Below, one piece after another: positions 1 to 4,063 of a stretch of DNA of 4,063 bases. The notes beneath the pieces were generated by a model, which ran no database searches, was not told where the DNA came from, and saw only the letters and a program-made list of their open reading frames with translations. The position numbers and the translations under genes were made by a program. Every line of letters starts with the position of its first letter. Position 1 is the stretch's first letter. Origin of the DNA: a plasmid; the NCBI RefSeq assembly GCF_057098645.1, contig NZ_JBXSPU010000006.1, one strand, 5' to 3'.

Positions 1-810
1 ACGTAGTGTGTACGAAGTTGCGTTGTCAGGAAGCCCGATATTCAGAAGGTCAGCCACACGGCGGGCAGGCTCTGTCAGCCCTCCGTTCCTGAGTTCGGTG
101 CGGGAAATCTGTATTTCCAGGTTAAGCCTGTTAATCAGACGATTCTGTTCGCCGCGTTCTGTTTCGATACCGCGTGTTTCCATCGCACAGGCAGACTTTC
201 CGAGGTGAATACCAGGCGTTTTCTCAAGCCCCTGTCGCTCGTATGAACGATGGTCTATCTCTTCCTGATAACCGGCGTTCGCCAGTGCCCTGTTTGCATG
301 GTCAGCCCATGATGCCCGCCACGTCTCGGCATGTGTCCGGTCGTTCCAGTCCCTGACCTTTCCGCTGAACCCAGCAGGTCCGATAGCCCTCGTGGTCAGC
401 ATGATGTGCGCATGGGGATTTGTTTTATCCATGTGATGGAACGCCACATCAGCAATCATGCCCTGACTGACAAAGTTTTCTCTGACAAAGGCGAGAACGG
501 TTTCCCGTGCGGCATCCTGCGGCAGTTCGTGGGGGATGGCGAGTTCAATTTCCCGCGCAAGTTGTGAGTTCTTCCGGCGTTCGGCCTTCTCAACGGCATT
601 CCAGAGTTCGGCACGGTTCGTACACCAGGCAGGGGCGGTGGCGGGGGTCAGAATCACAGCCTCAGCCACACCGCTTTTGCGGGTGTAGTCGTGAGTCAGT
701 CCGGTACGCTCATCAAGCATCAGTGAACCGGAACGATAGGCAGCGGAAGCTACGGCGCTGTAGCCGCTGCTTCTGGAGATAATTTTCATGCTGAGATGAT
801 AAATCGCCAT
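1..810 (-). CDS. mobA: MobA/MobL-family (MOBQ) relaxase, N-terminal relaxase domain; partial, ORF runs off the left window edge
   Basis: Minus-strand frame is open from ATG (plus 810-808) to position 1, 270 codons with no stop (translated by hand). The product starts MAIYHLSMKIISRSSGYSAVASAAYRSG..., with Tyr at residue 25, a His-rich motif NPHAHIMLT, and ...WADHANRALANAGYQEEIDHRSYERQGLEKTPGIHLGK.... These match my recollection of RSF1010 MobA (MAIYHL..., catalytic Y25, HxH motif, ...WADHANRALERAGHDARIDHRTLEAQGIERLPGVHLG...). An upstream in-frame stop lies at 916-918. The gene is absent from the supplied ORF track because it has no in-window stop. No strong Shine-Dalgarno precedes the ATG. Confidence 0.85.
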   Translation of the reverse strand, partial: MAIYHLSMKIISRSSGYSAVASAAYRSGSLMLDERTGLTHDYTRKSGVAEAVILTPATAPAWCTNRAELWNAVEKAERRKNSQLAREIELAIPHELPQDAARETVLAFVRENFVSQGMIADVAFHHMDKTNPHAHIMLTTRAIGPAGFSGKVRDWNDRTHAETWRASWADHANRALANAGYQEEIDHRSYERQGLEKTPGIHLGKSACAMETRGIETERGEQNRLINRLNLEIQISRTELRNGGLTEPARRVADLLNIGLPDNATSYTLR

Positions 811-988
811 TTCTGCCGTAATGCCTTTTTGTAGTTTTCTTTCAGCCCCGCAGGGCGCACACAATCGAAACGGAGTGGAGATTGTATAAGTGCGCACTTC
901 GTGATTTGCCGTGCATTATGCCAGCTCAGTTTTTAAACTACCAGTGACGCGCTAAAATGCGATTTTTCATCGCGCACGGAGTTACATC
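811..988. other. Candidate oriT and divergent mobA/mobC promoter region with MOBQ-like nic-core motifs
   Basis: Intergenic region between divergent mobA and mobC. Plus strand 887-897 reads TAAGTGCGCAC. Minus strand (reverse complement of 852-860) reads GTGCGCCCT. Both resemble the RSF1010/R1162 nic core TAAGTGCGCCCT as I recall it. The two motifs sit in an imperfect inverted repeat: GCGCACACAAT (855-865) and ATTGTATAAGTGCGC (881-895). A -10-like TAAAAT lies at 953-958 upstream of mobC. Confidence 0.5.
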
Positions 989-1243
989 ATGAGCAGAACG
1001 CTCGAACAGAAGATTGCTGATGCTGAGGCGAGATTACAGCGCCTGAAGGCGAAGAGCCGGAGCCTGGACACAGCGCAGAAGGTTGTTGTGGGTGCTGCAT
1101 TGCTGGCAAAGGTCAGAAAGCCGGAGGAGGTGCAGTTGCGTGCCTGGTTACTCCAGTTCCTGAAGGCAGAGGTGACACGACAGGCTGATGTGACGCGCAT
1201 ACTGCCGCTGATTAACGAGCTGGAGGCGCTGCCAGAACAGTGA
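989..1243 (+). CDS. mobC: MobC-like mobilization accessory protein (relaxosome component), 84 aa
   Basis: ATG at 989 with a GGAG Shine-Dalgarno at 978-981 (7-nt spacer) and TGA at 1241-1243. The product contains ...AQKVVVGAALLAKV..., resembling the RSF1010 MobC motif ...RKVLVGAMILAKV... as recalled. Size and position (divergent from mobA across oriT) fit mobC. Confidence 0.65.
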   Translation: MSRTLEQKIADAEARLQRLKAKSRSLDTAQKVVVGAALLAKVRKPEEVQLRAWLLQFLKAEVTRQADVTRILPLINELEALPEQ

Positions 1244-1252
1244 TTGTATCGT

Positions 1253-1311
1253 CCGCTCGCCGCAGCCCCAGCGACCGAGCGTTAGCGAGCGAGTGGGCGA
1301 GGAAGCGGAAG
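1253..1311. other. Segment resembling the ColE1/pMB1 region downstream of ori (putative single-strand initiation / primosome assembly site)
   Basis: CCGCTCGCCGCAGCCCCAGCGACCGAGCGTTAGCGAGCGAGTGGGCGAGGAAGCGGAAG aligns at roughly 80% identity to the pBR322/pUC backbone sequence CCGCTCGCCGCAGCCGAACGACCGAGCGCAGCGAGTCAGTGAGCGAGGAAGCGGAAG, recalled from memory. That sequence lies in the region I remember as containing a PriA-dependent pas/rri site. It contains the inverted repeat GCTCGC...GCGAGC. Confidence 0.4.
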
Positions 1312-1483
1312 TGAATCAGTCGCCAGGTTGAGCACATACGCACGGTTTTTCGGCAGGTGATATGCGCTGAACCCGCATGAATACTGGGTTTCCACAGGGT
1401 TGGAGGGGGTGTATTCGAAACTTGCAATTCTGCTTTATTGCAACGCATTGTTTTTATTGGTTTTTTGTTTTCAGCACCCCAAG

Positions 1484-1492
1484 TTATCCACA
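1484..1492 (+). promoter_or_regulatory. DnaA box, perfect match to consensus TTATCCACA
   Basis: TTATCCACA at 1484-1492, immediately upstream of the AT-rich region and iterons, the typical place for a DnaA box in Rep_3 origins such as pSC101. Confidence 0.6.
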
Positions 1493-1499
1493 GGCTCGC

Positions 1500-1590
1500 C
1501 GTTAAGTTTTTAAGATCTTATTTTTAGATCTTTTTTTTTAAAACCTTTTTAGGTCTTGTAACACCATGATTTTAAAGATGTTCTGGCAAG
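1500..1590. other. AT-rich region of oriV (candidate DNA unwinding element) with two AGATCT (GATC) sites
   Basis: Strongly AT-rich, with T-runs (e.g. 1531-1539). AGATCT occurs at 1513-1518 and 1526-1531. It lies between the DnaA box and the iterons. Confidence 0.5.
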
Positions 1591-1594
1591 ATAA

Positions 1595-1678
1595 GTGGAG
1601 CTTTTGGGGGTGAAAGGTGGAGCTTTTGGGGGTGAAAGGTGGAGCTTTTGGGGGTGAAAGGTGGAGCTTTTGGGGGTG
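1595..1678 (+). repeat. Iterons: three perfect tandem 22-bp direct repeats (GTGGAGCTTTTGGGGGTGAAAG) plus a fourth 18-bp partial copy; RepA binding sites of oriV
   Basis: Perfect copies at 1595-1616, 1617-1638 and 1639-1660; partial copy at 1661-1678. The repeats are contiguous with no spacers and lie about 100 bp upstream of repA. A 22-bp unit is roughly two helical turns. Confidence 0.9.
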
Positions 1679-1687
1679 TAATCCACA
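1679..1687 (+). promoter_or_regulatory. DnaA-box-like sequence TAATCCACA (8/9 to consensus) abutting the last iteron
   Basis: TAATCCACA at 1679-1687 has one mismatch to TTATCCACA. The iteron array would then be flanked by DnaA boxes. Confidence 0.35.
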
Positions 1688-1698
1688 GAAAAAGGGGG

Positions 1699-1728
1699 TT
1701 GCAAAAAAAAAACTTCCACCCATATGAT
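1699..1728 (+). promoter_or_regulatory. Candidate sigma70 promoter of repA
   Basis: TTGCAA at 1699-1704, an 18-bp spacer, then TATGAT at 1723-1728, about 50 bp upstream of the repA ATG. Confidence 0.4.
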
Positions 1729-1755
1729 AAGTGGCGTACAGTAAAAAAACGCCAC
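1725..1755. promoter_or_regulatory. Candidate RepA operator: inverted repeat GTGGCGT / ACGCCAC overlapping the repA promoter, with an iteron-like half-site GATAAGTGG
   Basis: GTGGCGT (1731-1737) and ACGCCAC (1749-1755) are inverted repeats separated by 11 nt. GATAAGTGG (1726-1734) matches the left end of the first iteron (GATAAGTGGAGC at 1590-1601). Rep_3 initiators commonly autorepress through such sites. Confidence 0.4.
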
Positions 1756-1776
1756 CAATAGCAACGAGCAAGCGAA

Positions 1777-2478
1777 ATGTCAGATCTGATAGCTTACAAA
1801 TCAAACGCCCTTATCGAGGCAAGCTACAAGCTCACTTTGCAGGAACAGCGCTTCCTGCTGGTCTGTATCAGCCGCCTAAAATCCGGAGAAGATTCCCCTT
1901 CGCCGGATGAACAAAAAACCATGACCATCACGGCTGCAGAGTTTCATGATGCCTTTCCTGACATGGGACGGCAGCACGCTGAAGCTAGGCTCAAGGAAGC
2001 GATAGATCGCCTCTGGGACAGGTCAGTAATCATCAAGAACGAGGAAAAACGAGAAGAGTTCCGCTGGGTGCAGTACCGGGCGCAGTATTTCAAAGGTGAG
2101 GCGAAAGTAGATATCACCTTCTCCGATGCCATCATGCCGTATCTGACACAGCTCAAGGGGCAGTTTACGCGGGTAGTCGTGAAGAACGTCTCCAGCCTTT
2201 CCAGCACCTACAGCATCCGCATTTACGAGCTGCTCCAGCAGTTCCGCAGCACCGGTGACAGAACGATAGCTATCGATGATTTCCGAACCATGCTTGCCGT
2301 TGAAGATAAATATCAACAATTCAAAGACTTGAATAAGATGATAATCAAGCCAGCCATCGCCGAACTGAACGAAAAAAGCGATCTGGTTGTAGCTGTTGAG
2401 ACGATCAAAAAGGGGCGCACGGTTGTAGCCCTGCATTTTCGCTTCAAGGAAGACAAACAGATCAAGATGACGATCTAA
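1777..2478 (+). CDS. repA: Rep_3-family plasmid replication initiator (iteron-binding RepA), 233 aa
   Basis: ATG at 1777 and TAA at 2476-2478. The product has MSDLIAYKSNALIEASYKLTLQEQRFLL... and ...ITFSDAIMPYLTQLKGQFT...YSIRIYELL..., matching the pattern of pSC101-type RepA as recalled (MSELVVFKANELAISRYDLTEHETKLIL..., ...LTFSEEILPYLFQLKK...YSMRIYEWLL...). It sits directly downstream of the iterons. Confidence 0.9.
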   Translation: MSDLIAYKSNALIEASYKLTLQEQRFLLVCISRLKSGEDSPSPDEQKTMTITAAEFHDAFPDMGRQHAEARLKEAIDRLWDRSVIIKNEEKREEFRWVQYRAQYFKGEAKVDITFSDAIMPYLTQLKGQFTRVVVKNVSSLSSTYSIRIYELLQQFRSTGDRTIAIDDFRTMLAVEDKYQQFKDLNKMIIKPAIAELNEKSDLVVAVETIKKGRTVVALHFRFKEDKQIKMTI

Positions 2479-2499
2479 AATCGATTTTAAGGCACCTAA

Positions 2500-2523
2500 A
2501 ACGCTCCCTGCTGCGTTTTTTTT
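2500..2523 (+). terminator. Possible weak intrinsic terminator of repA
   Basis: Short stem AACGC (2500-2504) / GCGTT (2513-2517) with an 8-nt loop, followed by a run of 8 T (2516-2523), about 25 nt after the repA stop. The stem is short, so this is low confidence. Confidence 0.3.
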
Positions 2524-2585
2524 GTGTTAGTAGTGCGAAGGTACTATTGAAGTGAAAAATTGCGTCAAAAACGCTCTGATGCAGC

Positions 2586-2612
2586 GAAAAAAGACCCCCC
2601 AATTTTTGGGGG
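2586..2612 (-). terminator. Intrinsic terminator on the minus strand (for the long minus-strand ORF / mobA)
   Basis: On the minus strand: CCCCCAA-AAA-TTGGGGG hairpin (plus 2596-2612), then G, UC and a U7 tract (plus A-run 2586-2592). It lies about 115 nt downstream of the ORF stop at 2726. Confidence 0.5.
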
Positions 2613-2725
2613 CGGAAAAACAAAACTATGCTTGCGTTATGTGAGTGTGCTTCTTGCATTCATCCCTGTCGATGAACATCGACGAACATAACACGATGTT
2701 AAACAAAACAAAATATTGTTCACAT

Positions 2726-4063
2726 TCACTGTGACCAACCGCGATCATGTCTCCTCTCGGTGGTGTGTGTTCGTGCATCTTCCTCGCGCTGCCATTCCTC
2801 CCAGGTACGATTAAAACCCAGCGAGCGGAACAGATGATCCGGCTGTTTTTCTGGTGTGTTGACGGCAGCAAAAAGCGGTGCCTCACGGGTTTTCAGATGA
2901 AACTGCATCAGTTCTGGTGCAGGTGATATGTGGCTGTCTGCATCGTGATTTACGGCAACACCATACCCTGCATACCGTAACCCCTTATCGGTCAGCGCAC
3001 TGATGACCAGATGCCTGTTATCGGCTGAGGGAACGGCAAACGCGGGATACAGCGTACCATTAAGCCGGATAACACCGCCCAGAGAGTCATCCACGCCCAT
3101 GACCAGCAAAAGCTGAAGCTGGCGGGTTTCCCGGTCGACAGAACTCATGACCGGCATCAGCGTCGGTGGCAGACGTCCCTGCATAAAATCCACCTTCCTT
3201 GCCGCTGGTGATGGCATGGCTGGCTGGCGGTCTTCTCCAAGACAGAAAGACTCCGGCCATGTCTTCGGCTGGCGGAGATTGCGGGTATGTTGCGGCCATG
3301 TCTGGCAAACCTGCGTCAGCAGTTGCTCAAAGGTTGCAGAGGAATAAACACGTTGCAGTGGCGGACGTTGGCCGATTTCGCTTCGGTCACAGATATAACC
3401 ACTCCTGTCACGCATTAAATCAACACTCTCAAAGATTCTGGTGCGGTATTTCTCCAGCTCGTTCCCCCAGAGCGTATATTCTCCGTTCCGGTTGTGAAGC
3501 AGAAGGTAACAGGTCATTTCCCCGTTACCAGGCATGGGAGCCTCGCCATACCCCGTAACGACTGCTCTCAGCACCCCTGAATCCATAACGGCATTGTCAT
3601 TTTTCCTGAGCTGCTCCGCGCGACTACGTTCAGTATCTTCCTGTTCCTTCCGGCGCAATTCCTCTTCACGTTTAAGCAACTGGGCTCTGAGAGCTGCAAG
3701 GCCGGATTCCCCCCACTGCTGCCACTGTTTTTCAAATGCCATCTGACTCGCGGGAATGTCCTGTTTCTCCACCTTCCGGTAATGCTGTCGTAATTTTTCC
3801 ATTTGCTGGCTCAGAGACTGGATTTTTCCCTGCTCACTACGGTATTCCGGTGCCGCCCATTGCATCAGGGGAATACGGGAAAAACCGGACGAAAACGGCG
3901 ATGATTTTTTCAGGCTGGCAGCATGGCTCATCGCTTCCTTTCGTTCGGTGTTCAGCTCTTCCCAGCGTCTGCGCGTCGCCTGCATATCTGCCATCATCGA
4001 CATGGCATTACTGGTGAGTTTCCATGCCGAGTTACTGTCCTTCGGCAACGCTTCGATAATGTC
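2726..4063 (-). CDS. mobA: Long ORF with complete 3' end and frame open to the right window edge; most likely the C-terminal ~445 codons of mobA continuing across the junction of a circular molecule, otherwise a 5'-truncated gene of unknown function
   Basis: Minus-strand frame has no stop from 4063 down to TGA at 2726-2728. E. coli-like codon usage (CTG-rich). The supplied track starts at a TTG at 4048, but five further sense codons (DIIEA) precede it up to the edge, and no in-window ATG has a convincing Shine-Dalgarno. The last codon at the right edge (4061-4063) and the mobA codon at the left edge (1-3) are both complete, so on a 4063-bp circle the two ORFs join in frame (...SYTLR|DIIEALPKDSNSAWKL...) into about 715 aa. 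The N-terminal ~150 residues of this part are charged and helical (e.g. LLKREEELRRKEQEDTERSRAEQLRKN); the remainder is globular with no Walker A or other motif I can recognise. Confidence 0.6.
   Translation of the reverse strand, partial: DIIEALPKDSNSAWKLTSNAMSMMADMQATRRRWEELNTERKEAMSHAASLKKSSPFSSGFSRIPLMQWAAPEYRSEQGKIQSLSQQMEKLRQHYRKVEKQDIPASQMAFEKQWQQWGESGLAALRAQLLKREEELRRKEQEDTERSRAEQLRKNDNAVMDSGVLRAVVTGYGEAPMPGNGEMTCYLLLHNRNGEYTLWGNELEKYRTRIFESVDLMRDRSGYICDRSEIGQRPPLQRVYSSATFEQLLTQVCQTWPQHTRNLRQPKTWPESFCLGEDRQPAMPSPAARKVDFMQGRLPPTLMPVMSSVDRETRQLQLLLVMGVDDSLGGVIRLNGTLYPAFAVPSADNRHLVISALTDKGLRYAGYGVAVNHDADSHISPAPELMQFHLKTREAPLFAAVNTPEKQPDHLFRSLGFNRTWEEWQREEDARTHTTERRHDRGWSQ

Noticed and set aside
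8-782. Four overlapping plus-strand ORFs in the track (8-208, 174-356, 331-567, 507-782)
   Set aside because: They are antisense to the well-supported minus-strand mobA relaxase frame, short, mutually overlapping in different frames, and have no recognisable products.
982-1448. Minus-strand ORFs 982-1200 and 1212-1448
   Set aside because: The first is antisense to mobC. The second spans the ssi-like and intergenic sequence. Neither has a ribosome-binding site, and the products are low-complexity.
1377-1514. 45-codon plus-strand ORF starting at ATG 1377 (MNTGFPQGW...)
   Set aside because: No Shine-Dalgarno, and it runs through the inverted repeat and the DnaA box of the origin. Most likely non-coding origin sequence.
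1595-1678. Tandem repeats as a possible CRISPR array
   Set aside because: The repeats are directly contiguous with no spacers, the unit is 22 bp, and they sit immediately upstream of a Rep_3 initiator gene, so they are iterons.
1538-1804. Minus-strand ORFs 1538-1804 and 1549-1764
   Set aside because: They lie entirely within the iteron/AT-rich origin and the repA promoter. The repetitive peptide (PQKLHLS repeats) is an artefact of translating the iterons.
1944-2436. Minus-strand ORFs 1944-2207 and 2023-2436
   Set aside because: Antisense to repA, which has strong family signatures. No independent support.
2676-2712. Possible XerC/XerD (cer/dif-like) site around GAACATAACACGATGTTAAAC
   Set aside because: It matches only 7-8 of 11 positions of the XerD arm TTATGTTAAAT as recalled, and the arm spacing does not fit the 11-6-11 architecture. 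Not convincing without an alignment.
2462-2886. Minus-strand ORFs 2462-2659 and 2626-2886
   Set aside because: The first covers the terminator region between the convergent genes. The second overlaps the 3' end of the long ORF in another frame and continues past its stop. Neither has an RBS or recognisable product.
3087-3308. 73-codon minus-strand ORF embedded in another frame of the long ORF, as a possible mobB/mbeB-like overlapping gene
   Set aside because: Overlapping mob genes are known in RSF1010 and ColE1, but this product is Pro/Ala/Gly-rich and low-complexity, with no hydrophobic segment or RBS. It is most likely a frame artefact, though I cannot fully exclude it without a homology search.
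3147-4017. Plus-strand ORFs 3147-3347, 3199-3558, 3534-3746 and 3736-4017
   Set aside because: All are antisense to the long uninterrupted minus-strand ORF with good codon usage. Typical shadow ORFs.
4046-4048. TTG at 4048 used by the ORF track as the start of the 440-aa ORF
   Set aside because: The frame stays open upstream to the window edge, there is no Shine-Dalgarno, and the frame is continuous with mobA across the junction. This is probably an internal Leu codon, not a start.
2726-4063. Interpreting the long ORF as a novel defence or toxin cargo gene
   Set aside because: Tempting given the prompt, but I see no nuclease or ATPase motif and no partner genes, and the in-frame continuity with mobA gives a simpler explanation. 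It is kept only as the lower-probability alternative.

Overview
The window reads as the backbone of a small mobilizable iteron-type plasmid of the kind found in Enterobacteriaceae, and may well be the entire circular molecule. From left to right: the 5' part of a MobA/MobL (MOBQ) relaxase gene on the minus strand (1-810, running off the left edge); a divergent oriT/promoter region with RSF1010-like nic-core motifs (811-988); a small mobC-like gene (989-1243); a segment resembling the ColE1/pMB1 primosome-assembly (ssi/pas) region (about 1253-1311); an oriV with a perfect DnaA box, an AT-rich stretch carrying two AGATCT (GATC) sites, and 3.8 tandem 22-bp iterons (1595-1678); a Rep_3-family repA (1777-2478); convergent terminators; and a long minus-strand ORF (2726-4063) whose frame is open to the right edge. 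The main observation is that this long ORF is exactly in frame with mobA if the window is circularised, giving one relaxase of about 715 aa (RSF1010 MobA is about 709 aa as I recall). That is the most parsimonious reading and would make this a cryptic plasmid with no cargo. I see no CRISPR array, tRNA/rRNA, insertion sequence or resistance gene, and I cannot support a claim of a novel defence or toxin system from the sequence alone; the only part of unknown function is the roughly 445-aa C-terminal region of the putative MobA. All homology statements are from memory of family signatures, not from database searches.
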